This document shows positions 10,402 through 20,502 of a stretch of DNA of 64,000 nt, piece by piece. Position 1 is the stretch's first letter. Every line of letters starts with the position of its first letter. The notes under the pieces were generated by a model. It saw only the letters and a program-made list of their open reading frames with translations, searched no databases and had not been told where the DNA came from. Origin of the DNA: Candidatus Tectimicrobiota bacterium (GTDB lineage Bacteria; JACPUC01). The stretch covers positions 62,001 to 126,000 of the forward strand of contig JACPUC010000030.1 of NCBI GenBank assembly GCA_016192455.1, read 5' to 3'. A program made the position numbers and the translations under genes.

Positions 10402-11940
10402 TTACCCCTGCGGCGTTCCACCGCGCCGCGGCCGCCCGGCCGGCGCGCCGCCGTCCCCAGAAACGCCTCGGCGTGCTCGGCGCGGGCGGGGGCGCCGGGG
10501 GGGCGCTGCCGCCAGGTAGTCGTCCAGGTTCACCTCCTTCGACCCTGCCACCTGGGCGCGGCGGAACCAGGGGCGCGCCGCGGCGGGGACGGCGGCGTTG
10601 ATGGCGATGCGCACCTGGCTGTCGTGGCCGAGGAAGCGCAGGTCGAAGGGGCTGACGACGACATCCTCGGGGGGCGGCTCCTGGCCGAGCATCATCCGCT
10701 TGCTGGCGAAGGGCGGGAAGTGGATGTCTTCCAGCGCCAGGTCGATGTCGAACTGGCGGAAGTGGAAGTCGCGCTTCGGATCGGTGCGGGTCAAGATGGC
10801 CCAGAGGATGTCCTCGGCGTTGTCGATGTCGATGTCGTCGTTCACCAGGATACCCATGCGCACCCAGGTGTGCTGCATGATGCCTTCGAGGAGCTTCTCG
10901 AGGGTCGGCTCATCGCAGTTGCCGACCGAGACGACGCAGCGCATGAAGTAGGGGAGGAAGCTGGCTCCCTTCACCTCCGGGGAGATTTTGCGCAAGTGGC
11001 GCAGCATCGCCCCCTCGCGGGGCAGGGCGCAGACGGCGTGCTCCTCGAGGTTGCCGCTGAAGAGGGTGTGGTAGATCGGCTGGAGGCGGTGGGTGATGGC
11101 GGTCACCGTGATCACCGGCTTGGGCGAGCGCGTGCCGTAGTAGCGGTGCATCTCGCCGAACGGCCCCTCCTCGCGCACCTCGCGGTGGCTGATGAAGCCC
11201 TCGACGATGATCTCGCTGTTGGCCGGCACCAGCAGGCCGTTGGTCTTGGCCGGCACGACCTCGAGCGGCTTCTCTTGCACGGCGCCGGCAAACGTGTACT
11301 CATCCGCGTCTTCCGGGATGTGAATGCCGCCGGAGATGAAGAGGGCCGGCTCGGCGCCGATCGCCAGGGCCACGGGGAGGTCGAGGCGGCGCGCCACGGC
11401 GCGGTCGTGGATCGCCTTCAGGTTCATGCGGGGAAGAATCTGGATGCCGAGCTTGTTGCCGCCATGCACCATGATGCGCTGGAACGAGGCGTTCATGGCG
11501 CCGCCCTGTGGGTCGCGCACGAGCACCACCGCGGCGGTGATGAAGGGGCCGCCGTCGCGGGCGTAGTGCGTCGGCACCGGCAGGAGGGCGGGGAGGTCCA
11601 CCTCCCCCTCGTGCACCACCTCCTGGGAGGCGGCACGCTTCACCTGGCGGGGCTCGAGGGGTTGGAAATCCCAGTAGCGCTCGAACGTCTCCGCCAGCTT
11701 CTCGATGGGCTGGCCGAGGAGGAGAGCGTACTTGTCCCGCCCGGCGAAGACATTGCCGGCGACGGTGACGCCCGGTATGCCCACGTCGGTGAAGTGGACG
11801 GCCTGCCCGGTGGTCGTCAGCGCCCGGTGGAGGACGGCCGCCAGCTCCTGGCGCGGGTTGACGCGGCGAGGCACGGTGGCGCAGCGGCCGGCTGCCCGCA
11901 GGCGCTCCAGGAAGTCGCGGAATGTGGTTGCCGTCAGCAC
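10402..11940 (-). CDS. UbiD family decarboxylase
   Basis: DGGPFITA, NASFQR, VPANSEIIVEG, canonical EGPFGE, VNDDIDI..ILWA. Confidence 0.9.
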   Translation of the reverse strand: MLTATTFRDFLERLRAAGRCATVPRRVNPRQELAAVLHRALTTTGQAVHFTDVGIPGVTVAGNVFAGRDKYALLLGQPIEKLAETFERYWDFQPLEPRQVKRAASQEVVHEGEVDLPALLPVPTHYARDGGPFITAAVVLVRDPQGGAMNASFQRIMVHGGNKLGIQILPRMNLKAIHDRAVARRLDLPVALAIGAEPALFISGGIHIPEDADEYTFAGAVQEKPLEVVPAKTNGLLVPANSEIIVEGFISHREVREEGPFGEMHRYYGTRSPKPVITVTAITHRLQPIYHTLFSGNLEEHAVCALPREGAMLRHLRKISPEVKGASFLPYFMRCVVSVGNCDEPTLEKLLEGIMQHTWVRMGILVNDDIDIDNAEDILWAILTRTDPKRDFHFRQFDIDLALEDIHFPPFASKRMMLGQEPPPEDVVVSPFDLRFLGHDSQVRIAINAAVPAAARPWFRRAQVAGSKEVNLDDYLAAAPPRRPRPRRARRGVSGDGGAPAGRPRRGGTPQG

Positions 11941-12188
11941 GTCTTCCCTTCTCCTCTTGGTGCTCGCTGGAGCTCTTGGCGCGCTGAGCCGCTCCGCGTG
12001 ACGCCGGCAAGCTCAGGCACGCCACCTCGAACGCCTCCGTTTCCTGGGAAGCGCTCCGGGGCCGGCGGCGCCGAAAGCGGCGGCCCGACCGCGAAGGGTG
12101 CCACGCCCGATGCGGCTCTCATTCTACTGGAAGGAGGGCGAGGCGTCCACTCCGTCTCCCCCGGCGAGCTCGCGGCGGGGACATGGCC

Positions 12189-13805
12189 TCAAAGGAGGCC
12201 CCAGCGGCCGGCGCGGTAGTAGGTCGGCAGAACGGGTCGCAGCTCCGTGTTGATCTCCACCTCGTCGGCGGAGCCGGGCGGCTCCTTGCCGAAGGCGAGC
12301 ATGGCGGCGGAGAGCTCGGCGGTGAGGTAGCGGGTCGTAATTCCGGCGTAGGTGAGCGCCGCGAAGCGCCGGCGCAGAAGGGCCTCGGAGGCGGCGTCGG
12401 GCGCCGTCGCCAGGTGCCAGCCCCAATCCCCCATGCTCGGCACGGAGGTGTGGTAGGGAAGGACGCTGAACCCGGCGGCGCGCAGGGTCTTGCCGATACT
12501 CTGGAAGACGCTCGGCGCCATGGCGGGGCTGGTGCTCTGGGTGACGAGCACGCCGCCGGGGGCCAAGCGGCGCCGCAGGAGCTGGTAGAACTCGAGGGAG
12601 AAGAGCCGCGCCAGCGCCACCGACTTCGGGTCGGGGAGGTCGATGATGACGACGTCGAAGAGGCCGGGTTCATCGCGCACGTACAGCGCCCCATCCATGT
12701 TGATCACCCGCAGGCGCGGTGAATCGAAGGCGTTGGCGTTGAGCCGCCGGAGCGCCGGATGGGTGCGTCCCAGCTTCGTCACGCCGGGGTCGAGATCGAC
12801 GAGGACGAGCTCCTCCACCTCGGCGTACTTGAGCGCCTCGCGCGCCGCCAGCCCATCGCCGCCTCCAAGGATGAGGACGCGGCGGCGATCCCGGCTGAGT
12901 TGCATGGCGGGGTGCACGAGGGGTTCGTGGTAGCGGGCCTCGTCGAAGCTGCTGAACTGCAGGCTGCCGTCCAGGAAGAGCCAGTACGTGTCGCGGAACT
13001 GCGTCAGCACGATGTTCTGGTAGGGGGTCTGCTCGGCGTGGATGATCTTGTCGCGGTAGCGGCTCTGCTGGCCGTAGAGGATGATCGGCTCGACGGTAAG
13101 GGCGAGGCCGGCGAGGATGGCGGTGCAGGCGATGAGGCCGGCCCCGAGCAGGCGGGGGCGGCGCAGGCTGCCGCGGCAGCGCAGGAACAGCGTCGCGGCG
13201 ACGCTGAAATTGAGGGCGCCGAGCGCCAGCGGCGTGTACGTCAGGCCGAGCCGCGGCAGGGCCACGAAGGCGAACAGCAGGCCGCCCGCCAGGGCGCCGT
13301 AGTAGTCCTGCTCCAGCACGCCGGCGATGTTCGTGCGCAGCGTCTCGTAGGTCTCGTTGATGCGCGCCACCAGCGGTATCTCCATGCCGATGAGCAGGCC
13401 GATGGCGATCGCCAGGGCGTAGATGAAGAGGTTGAGGCTCTCGGTGAAGGCCGCCAGGGTGTAGATGCTGACGGAGCTGACGGCGCACAGGAGCGAAAGG
13501 AGGAACTCCACGGCGATGAAGCAGTCCAGGAGGTGCCGGTGCAGGGCGCGGCTGACGCGGGTGCCGGCGCCCATGGCGAAGAGCATGAGCGACATCACCA
13601 GCGTCCACTGCAGGATGGCGTTGCCGAGCAAGTAGGTAGCGAGCGTCGAGAGGACGAACTCGGCGACGATGCCGGAGAGCCCAGTGGCGAACAGGCAGGC
13701 CTTCAGGAGCAGGCTGCGGCGCGTGCCGGAGGGCCGGTCGGTGAGGGAGACGGCGCCGGCGGCAGGCGACTGCGGTGCGGGGTGAGGGGAGGGATGCGAC
13801 AACAT
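12189..13805 (-). CDS. speE: Membrane-anchored polyamine aminopropyltransferase (SpeE-like with N-terminal TM region)
   Basis: About 7 TM helices, then TPYQNI, LQFSSFDE.RYHEPLVHP, LILGGGDG, VIIDLPDP; start codon uncertain. Confidence 0.88.
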   Translation of the reverse strand: MLSHPSPHPAPQSPAAGAVSLTDRPSGTRRSLLLKACLFATGLSGIVAEFVLSTLATYLLGNAILQWTLVMSLMLFAMGAGTRVSRALHRHLLDCFIAVEFLLSLLCAVSSVSIYTLAAFTESLNLFIYALAIAIGLLIGMEIPLVARINETYETLRTNIAGVLEQDYYGALAGGLLFAFVALPRLGLTYTPLALGALNFSVAATLFLRCRGSLRRPRLLGAGLIACTAILAGLALTVEPIILYGQQSRYRDKIIHAEQTPYQNIVLTQFRDTYWLFLDGSLQFSSFDEARYHEPLVHPAMQLSRDRRRVLILGGGDGLAAREALKYAEVEELVLVDLDPGVTKLGRTHPALRRLNANAFDSPRLRVINMDGALYVRDEPGLFDVVIIDLPDPKSVALARLFSLEFYQLLRRRLAPGGVLVTQSTSPAMAPSVFQSIGKTLRAAGFSVLPYHTSVPSMGDWGWHLATAPDAASEALLRRRFAALTYAGITTRYLTAELSAAMLAFGKEPPGSADEVEINTELRPVLPTYYRAGRWGLL

Positions 13806-13910
13806 ACTCGTGGTGCGGGAGAGGGCGCGGGGGCGCACTGGTTGCTCGCGTCGCGTCTCGGCGGCTCGACGCATGATCCCGGTTCGGGTTCGGAACCGAG
13901 GCAACGCCGC

Positions 13911-14759
13911 CTACATCGCCCAGACAATCAAAAACGATGCGCCGATGTACGAGAATGCTTCCACGTAAGCCGCCCCCAGGTTGGGCGGGTTCTCCTTGGC
14001 GATCTCCTCCGTCAGGCTGCTTCCCGGCAGCAGCATCTTGTCGGTGACGAAGCGGATCACCGGCAGGAGCAGGATCGTGATAAGGAACTCCAGGGCGAAG
14101 AAGCTCAAGTTCGAGGACCAGCTTATGAAGTCCGCCTCGCTGGCTCCGCGCACCACGTTGCCGACGGCCACGAGGGCTCCGGCAAAGCCGACCCCCACCG
14201 CCACGTTATCGCGCTCGATCAGCGCATGGATGTCATACGGGGTGATGAGCTGGTACACCAGCCCGACGATGACCAGCGCCGCCTGGCCGAGAATCCAGAA
14301 GGCGATGGCCGTGAGCAGGGTGCCCCCTTCGCCCGCCACCGCCCCGTAGATGACCATGCCGGAGGCGATGGAGATCGCCGCCTCCACCACGCCCGTGCCG
14401 ACGTTCTGGTCGCGGATGATCTCGTCCGTCACCCGAAACCGGTAGAGGATCAGCTTATCCCGGACCAGCGCCGAGATGTTGAGCGCGAGAATGCCGAAGA
14501 CGCCGTACAGCACGAGATCGAGGAGGTCCTCCACGAGTCCCCGGCTGGGGCCGACGATGCTGCCGCCGATCGCCAGGATGAGGCCGAAGTAGTACCCGAC
14601 CAGCGCCACGCCAAGGGCCGCGTTGTTGCGCTGCAGGAGTTCCTCGTTGACGTTCACGGAGGGGTGTGTGAGGCTGTACACCCCCTTGCCGAGCCAAAAG
14701 AGGAGGTAGCCCACGATGAGGTAGATGATGCCGAGAAGGAGACTGTCCAGGGTGACCAT
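13911..14759 (-). CDS. DUF350 domain membrane protein (two repeats)
   Basis: EELLQRNNAALGV, EIIRDQNVGTG, LIERDNVAVG, EEIAKENPPNLGAA pattern. Confidence 0.8.
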   Translation of the reverse strand: MVTLDSLLLGIIYLIVGYLLFWLGKGVYSLTHPSVNVNEELLQRNNAALGVALVGYYFGLILAIGGSIVGPSRGLVEDLLDLVLYGVFGILALNISALVRDKLILYRFRVTDEIIRDQNVGTGVVEAAISIASGMVIYGAVAGEGGTLLTAIAFWILGQAALVIVGLVYQLITPYDIHALIERDNVAVGVGFAGALVAVGNVVRGASEADFISWSSNLSFFALEFLITILLLPVIRFVTDKMLLPGSSLTEEIAKENPPNLGAAYVEAFSYIGASFLIVWAM

Positions 14760-14807
14760 GCGAGCCCTCACTCCCCAGAGGTGAGGCACGAGAGGTGCGG
14801 CAAGCGC

Positions 14808-15494
14808 TTACTTGCCAAAGCCGCGGACTCCCCCGCCGACCCGGACCGGCGCGCGGGAGCGCTCGAAGCGCCGGTTGAAGCGCTCGCCGAAGCTGCTGCG
14901 CTGAGCCGCCTGGCGCGCCTGGCGGCGCTCGAAGAAGTCGGGTTTGGTGCTGCGGGTGAAGCGTCCGCCGGTGCCGAACTGGTTGTCGCCGCCGAAGTAG
15001 GGGCGACCCTGCGTGCGGGAGCGGCTGTAGTCGTCGTAGTCGCGCCGGTAAATGAGGCCCGCGCCCAGGCCGATGAGGTCGGTCAGCAGGCGGTACTTGC
15101 CGTAGAACTCCCAGAAGCTGGTGCCGCGGCTGTCGGTGCGCCACTCGCCGTACCGCGGGTTGCCGACGTAGGCATAGCCCGGCGGCGCCGGTGTGGTGGA
15201 CGGCTGCTCATCCTTCGCCTTCGAGGCCAGGGCCATGCCAAGGTGGTTGGCGTGCGCCTCGTAGAAGTTCTTCGGCACCTGCAGCCAATCAGTGCGCTGG
15301 AGGCGCTCGCCCAGCGCGATGGTGTAGCGGTGGTAGTACGTCTTGATGAACGTGCCTTCCTCGCGCATGTCGTCGAGGATGATGAGGTATTCGGGCTCGT
15401 TCGCCACCGACCGCGCGATGCGGTCGAAGGGATTCGATTGGCCGCAGCCGGTGACAAGGAGCAGGAGGAAGGCGAGGATGGCAAGTTTTCGCAT
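14808..15494 (-). CDS. Lipoprotein with Gly/Arg-rich tail
   Basis: MRKLAILAFLLLLVTGC lipobox; PPGYAYVGNPRYGEW, SFWEFYGKY; ends GGGVRGFGK. Confidence 0.8.
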   Translation of the reverse strand: MRKLAILAFLLLLVTGCGQSNPFDRIARSVANEPEYLIILDDMREEGTFIKTYYHRYTIALGERLQRTDWLQVPKNFYEAHANHLGMALASKAKDEQPSTTPAPPGYAYVGNPRYGEWRTDSRGTSFWEFYGKYRLLTDLIGLGAGLIYRRDYDDYSRSRTQGRPYFGGDNQFGTGGRFTRSTKPDFFERRQARQAAQRSSFGERFNRRFERSRAPVRVGGGVRGFGK

Positions 15495-15600
15495 CGGCAC
15501 AGTCCATGTCCATGGAACACGCACAGGAACAGCACAACGTTCTCGTTTACCTTTTCATAGATGCTCTAGCATTGCAAGACAGGATCGGCGCGCCCGCCGG

Positions 15601-16377
15601 TCACCGCGCCACATAGCCGCCGTCCACCACGAGGATGTGGCCGGTGACGTAGTCGGAGGCGGAGGAGGCGAGGTAGAGGATGGAGCCGCGCAGGCTCTCG
15701 ACCTTGGCGAAGTGGCCGAAGGGGATGAGGGACTTGGTGCGCGCGTACCACGCGGGGTTGTGGTCGTAGCGGCGGTCGAGGCGCGTCGGGCCGTGGTAGC
15801 CGGGTGCGAGGGCGTTGACGTTGATGTGGTACGGGGCGTACTCGATGGCGAGCTCGCGGGTCAGATTCACGACGGCCCCCTTCGAGGCGGCGTAAGCGGG
15901 GATCGGGTGGTCGGCGCCGACGAGGCCGATGATGGAGGCCACGTTGATGATCTTGCCGGAGCGCTGCTGGAGCATCGGCTTCACGGCCTCGCGGGCGCAC
16001 AGGAAGACCCCCCGCAGGTTCACCGCCAGGACCGCGTCCCACTCCGCGAGTTCCAGCTCGTGGGCCGGTTTGCTTGGCTCCAGGATGCCGGCGTTGTTCA
16101 CCGCGATATCGAGGCGGCCATGCTGCGCGACAACCCCGGCCATGACGCTTGCCACCTCGGCCTCCTGGGTGACATCCAGCCGCACCGCCGCCGCCGAGCC
16201 GCCGCTGTCGAGAATCTGCCGCGCCGTCTCCGAGGCGGCCGCGACCTCGATGTCGGCGCACACCACGTGGGCTCCCGCCTCCGCCAGGGTGGCGGCGAAG
16301 GTGCGCCCCAGCCCCATGCCGGCGCCGGTGACGACGGCGACTTTGCGATCCAGCGAGAAGATCTCGGCGATGCTCAC
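15601..16377 (-). CDS. SDR family oxidoreductase
   Basis: TGAGMGLG, NNAG, YAASK, VNALAPG, VDGG. Confidence 0.93.
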   Translation of the reverse strand: MSIAEIFSLDRKVAVVTGAGMGLGRTFAATLAEAGAHVVCADIEVAAASETARQILDSGGSAAAVRLDVTQEAEVASVMAGVVAQHGRLDIAVNNAGILEPSKPAHELELAEWDAVLAVNLRGVFLCAREAVKPMLQQRSGKIINVASIIGLVGADHPIPAYAASKGAVVNLTRELAIEYAPYHINVNALAPGYHGPTRLDRRYDHNPAWYARTKSLIPFGHFAKVESLRGSILYLASSASDYVTGHILVVDGGYVAR

Positions 16378-16819
16378 AGGAGTTCCCTTTCTCTCCCCGG
16401 GCGACGCTCCCAGCGCCTGGTCTCGGGGGATGGCGTCGCCTGGGGGTGGTGGTCGAGCTGCTGACGGCCCCAGGCGCTTGCCGGGCGCCGGGCGCGCCGT
16501 GCCCCGGCACGAGGCTCTTTCCCAGCGCCGCGTCCAACCCAGACCTCAGGCGGCAGGGCCGCGCCACCCTATTGTATCGCCGCCGCCGTGGAAGGGCAAA
16601 ATGGACCGCGCTGCGTTGCGAGGCCGGCGTGGAGCCGCCGCCTCCCCCCTTTCCCGGCGCAGTCGGGAAGGAGTGGGAATACTTGCGAAGTGCGGCGCGA
16701 AGGTTGTAGGCTTCGAGGATGCCGCGCTGCGGCCTGCGGGAGAGGAACGGTCGGCCCGCCGCGACCAGGACGGGCGAACGGCGGGCAGCGAGGCCCATGA
16801 GGCGGTGACAGGTGAAGCC

Positions 16820-17875
16820 ATGACACGCGTTGCCTGGGGAGCCACGCTCCTCGTGGCCGGCATCATCCTCCTGGCGCGGCCGCTGCGGGCGGAGACCCTG
16901 AGCTTGCGGCCGAGCCAGGATACGACGATTTTCTCCGAGAGCACGAACAGCAATGGAGCGGGAAGCCGCATCTTCGTCGGGATGACGCGGCGGGGCGACA
17001 TCCGGCGTGGGCTGGTGCAGTTCGATCTGCGCCAGCTTCCGCCCGGCGCCATGATCACGTCGGCGGCCTTGACGTTCTCCATTGTCCGCAGCGCCTCCGC
17101 GTCCAGTGGTACGATCCTGGCCCTGCATCCGCTCACCGCCTCCTGGGGCGAAGCCGGCAGCACCAGCAGCACGGGGAGCGGGGCAAGCCCCCAGCGGGGC
17201 GATGCGACCTGGAGGCACCGTTTTTTCCCTGACACCTCATGGGCCCGCGAGGGAGGGGATTTCCTGCCAGACCCCAGCGTCACCGGCATGGAGAGCGGCA
17301 CGGAGGTGACCGTGACCGGGGAGGGTCTCCTTGCCGACGTGGAGACGTGGCTCGCAAACCCTGCCGAGAACCACGGCTGGATTCTGCGCGGCGACGAGAG
17401 CGTGCCCCAGAGCGCCCGGGCCTATATCAACCCCGTCCTCACCGTTGAGTTCAGCGTCAGCGAAGCCGCGCCGACAGCCGGCGGCGAGGCGCCGCGGCCC
17501 GAGCCCGGCGAGATGCCGGCGGCGCCCGCCGTGGAGCTGGGGGAACCGGGCGGGGAACTGCGCTTCAGCGTCAGCCTGCGCGCCGGACCACTCCCCGTCG
17601 ATGTCTACCTTGGCTACGTGACGCCCGCGGGCGAGATCGTTACGCTTACCCTGACGGAGGATCGCCTAGTGGAGCGGCGCGGCATCGGGCCCATCGTCAG
17701 GGGGTTCCTGCCCGTCGATCTCTCCGAGGTGCTGGTGTACGCACGCCCGTTCGGCGCCGTGGATGCGCCGGGAGGCTACCTCCTGTTCGCCGCCCTGGCG
17801 CCTGTGGGGGCAGACCCTCTCAACCTTGAGGGCCTCATCAGCCTGTCGACGGTGCGGCTGGAGCACGTGCGCTGA
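16820..17875 (+). CDS. Secreted protein with DNRLRE-like beta-sandwich domain and C-terminal domain
   Basis: Signal peptide; QDTTI, RRGLVQFDL, ITSAALT, SWGE, DATW, VETWLANPAENHGWIL pattern. Confidence 0.7.
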   Translation: MTRVAWGATLLVAGIILLARPLRAETLSLRPSQDTTIFSESTNSNGAGSRIFVGMTRRGDIRRGLVQFDLRQLPPGAMITSAALTFSIVRSASASSGTILALHPLTASWGEAGSTSSTGSGASPQRGDATWRHRFFPDTSWAREGGDFLPDPSVTGMESGTEVTVTGEGLLADVETWLANPAENHGWILRGDESVPQSARAYINPVLTVEFSVSEAAPTAGGEAPRPEPGEMPAAPAVELGEPGGELRFSVSLRAGPLPVDVYLGYVTPAGEIVTLTLTEDRLVERRGIGPIVRGFLPVDLSEVLVYARPFGAVDAPGGYLLFAALAPVGADPLNLEGLISLSTVRLEHVR

Positions 17876-17990
17876 GGAGGACGACCAAGAGGGGGCCGCG
17901 GGCGATGAGGCCGGCCGCGCCGGCGGGTGCGCTCCTCTGCTTCTGTTACCCCCGCCTCGCCAGCCCTCTTCAACGTGGAAAGGAGGCGCG

Positions 17991-18584
17991 ATGAAACGCG
18001 GTGGACTTCGTGCAGAGCTTGCCGCGGCAGGCCTTCTGGCGTTGCTCGTGTTGTGGTCCGTCGGCGCCGGCGCCGTGACCTTTGGCTTCGATCAGCGCCT
18101 CAGCTCCCTGACCTTCAAGGTGACCGCGCCCTTCGTGACCGCGGTGGGCCTTGTTCGGGAGTACTCCGGCACCGTGGAGGTGGAGGATGCGCGCCGGTTC
18201 CGCAATCCCCGCCTTGACCTCACCGTCAACCTGAAGAGCCTGTTCACGAAACATGCGGAGCGCGATGCGAAGATGATGGAGGTGCTCGAGGTGGAGAAGT
18301 TCCCCACCGCCAGTCTGCACATCGAGCGCATCGAGGGGATTCCCGACGCTCCCGCGCCTGGACAGCCGGCGGAGGTGACGCTGCGGGGCACGCTCAGCCT
18401 GCACGGCGCGTCGAAGCCGATCGACATCCGCGCCAGCGCCACGTACGACGGCGCCACCTTGATCGGCAGGGGCTCCGCCCAGTTCCTTCTCTCCTCTTTC
18501 AACATTGAGCGGCCGCGGGTGTTCCTCGTCTCTCTGCGTGATGAAGTTGAGGTGTTCTTCACCATTCGCGCCGTGCCGCGCTGA
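17991..18584 (+). CDS. YceI family protein
   Basis: Signal peptide; SLFTKHAERD, LEVEKFPTA, GTLSLHG; AGGAGG RBS. Confidence 0.85.
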   Translation: MKRGGLRAELAAAGLLALLVLWSVGAGAVTFGFDQRLSSLTFKVTAPFVTAVGLVREYSGTVEVEDARRFRNPRLDLTVNLKSLFTKHAERDAKMMEVLEVEKFPTASLHIERIEGIPDAPAPGQPAEVTLRGTLSLHGASKPIDIRASATYDGATLIGRGSAQFLLSSFNIERPRVFLVSLRDEVEVFFTIRAVPR

Positions 18585-18650
18585 GCGGAGAACGGGTGAC
18601 GGCGAAGAGATGCGGCTGGGGAAGGGAGGCAGGCGAGGCTTCCCTCCAGA

Positions 18651-19079
18651 CTACGTGTTGGGCGTGATGCGGCGGGCAACGCGCGACAGCGGGTGGCCCT
18701 TGGCGCGGATGTCGAGGGTGTTGAACCAGCCGAACGGAGTACGGATGACGCGGCCGAGGTGAGGGGCAAGCTGCTCTTCCACCTCGGCCAGGAGGGCAAC
18801 GGCATCGGCGGGGCGGCTCAGCTCGCCGAAGAGGTGCGCGAACGGATGCAGGACGACGGTGTCGACCTTCAACTGCCGGGCCAGGCTGAGCACCTCCCCG
18901 GCGGTGCGCCGCGCCACGCCCTCGCGGTCGGTCTCGTCCCCCGCTTCGGCCGCGGCGAGCACCAGGAGCGCCTCGTCAACAGCCGTGACCGGATCGTCAA
19001 AGGCTTCGATGATCTTCGAGCGGCCGCGCTCGGTGATGACGCAGCGGAACGAGTCGACGTGCCAGATGAGGATACGCAC
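18651..19079 (-). CDS. Free-standing archaeal-type threonyl-tRNA synthetase editing domain protein
   Basis: (V)RILIWHVD...VVLHPFAHL...TPFGWF...AKGHPLS matches the archaeal ThrRS editing (DTD-like) domain. Confidence 0.82.
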   Translation of the reverse strand: MRILIWHVDSFRCVITERGRSKIIEAFDDPVTAVDEALLVLAAAEAGDETDREGVARRTAGEVLSLARQLKVDTVVLHPFAHLFGELSRPADAVALLAEVEEQLAPHLGRVIRTPFGWFNTLDIRAKGHPLSRVARRITPNT

Positions 19080-19538
19080 GGAGTTCCGGAACACGGGGGC
19101 GAGGTTCCTCTCGCGTCCCGCGCCATGATGGGGCGCAGCAGCCCTGGTGGGATGGACTGCTTGGCGGTGAGGCGGGACCCCGGGGGGACGCGCCGCCGCT
19201 TGCCGCCGTTCGCCGTCGGCTGTCGCTGAGCCGCAGGCGGCTGCCGGCTCATCCCCAGGGTTTTCCGTACCAGAGATTGGGCTACCGCTTTCCTTGCCCA
19301 TCAAGACCGCGTGGGAGAGGGTGCGCCGCCCCGGAGAGCAGAACCGCCCGCCATGCGGTGCATGCCGGGCACTCAACGTTCTCGCGCCATCCTCGCGGCT
19401 CAGCAGGAAGCCTCTCTCCTTTCCAACGAGGCGCGCCGGCGCTTCACCCCTCGCCCGCGCCCCAGCCTTCCCCGCTGCCCTGCTGACGGCCGCTCAACGG
19501 GCCTCCGCCGCTCTGCCGGTCCTGCCTCCCCAGGCTTG

Positions 19539-19907
19539 TTATGAGCGCCGTTGCTGCACCTCTCGTTCTTCCTGACAGGCTACGCAGAGGACGGCGAACG
19601 GGAGGATCTCGAGCCGGCGCGGCTCGATGGGACCGCCGCAATCCTCACATTCCCCATAGGAGCCCGCTTCGATGCGTTCGAGCGCGCCTTCGATGGACCG
19701 GAGCTCCTGACGGTCTCGATCATTCAAGACGTAGTTCAACTCGATATTTTGGGTGCGGCTTGCCTCGTCCAGATAGTCCCCAGGACCGGAGTCCGACGAG
19801 AACCCTTCCGTTCCCTTCGTATGACCGAGCCGCGCGAGAAGCGCGCGCTTCATCTCCTTCAGCTTCGTCTTCACCGTGGCATAATTTGGTTGGGGCTTTT
19901 TCTTCAC
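19539..19907 (-). CDS. TraR/DksA family C4 zinc-finger protein
   Basis: DYLDEAS coiled-coil tip, GSYGECEDCG..I..RRLEILPFAVLCVACQ. Confidence 0.92.
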   Translation of the reverse strand: MKKKPQPNYATVKTKLKEMKRALLARLGHTKGTEGFSSDSGPGDYLDEASRTQNIELNYVLNDRDRQELRSIEGALERIEAGSYGECEDCGGPIEPRRLEILPFAVLCVACQEEREVQQRRS

Positions 19908-20135
19908 TCGGTCTTCCTTTCACACCAGAAGAACCGCGGTGTGTTGGGTGGACGGCCGGCGCCCCCTCACCCGCGTTGCTCGTGGCGCAGCACGGTGAGG
20001 TTCCGTCGCCGATCCGCCACCGCGCGCTCCATGATACGGCCTCCGCGCGCCGCGCCTGTAGCAATGTGCGACATACTATTGGTCAGGGGGCGAGAGATTG
20101 CAACACGCCGCCGCATCTTCGGCGGGCGCTCCCTT

Positions 20136-20453
20136 TCAGGCGCGCCGCACGGTGATTTGCGTGGCGCAGTGGACGCCGTCGCGGTCGCGGATGGCGGCCA
20201 CGTCGGCCACAATGCGCACGCGCGCGCCGCCCTTCGCGAGGCGCTCCGCATGGAAGCCCTGCACGTTCCCCTCGGACCTCACCCGCTCAAGGACGCCGGC
20301 AGCCGCCTGGCGCTGATCCTCCGGCACCAAGGTGAACACCGGCTGACCGAGAATCTCGGCGGCCTCATAGCCGAAGATCTCCTGCACGCCAGCCGTCCAG
20401 GCAACGATCGTGAGGTTGCGATCCAAGGTGAGGAAGGAGTCGACCTTGCTCAT
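20136..20453 (-). CDS. Stand-alone PAS domain protein
   Basis: IVAWTAGVQEIFGYEAAEILGQP..LVPED, ERLAKGG. Confidence 0.8.
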   Translation of the reverse strand: MSKVDSFLTLDRNLTIVAWTAGVQEIFGYEAAEILGQPVFTLVPEDQRQAAAGVLERVRSEGNVQGFHAERLAKGGARVRIVADVAAIRDRDGVHCATQITVRRA

Positions 20454-20502
20454 GGCACCTCCGTGCTCGCGTTGCGGCAGCCGCGCCCACGAGCGGCCGG
20501 CG

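Noticed and set aside
12759-15560. Long antisense ORFs (e.g. 933 aa here, 850 aa at 38145-40697, 736 aa at 28926-31136)
   Set aside because: Shadow frames of well-supported opposite-strand genes in high-GC DNA; no recognisable motifs
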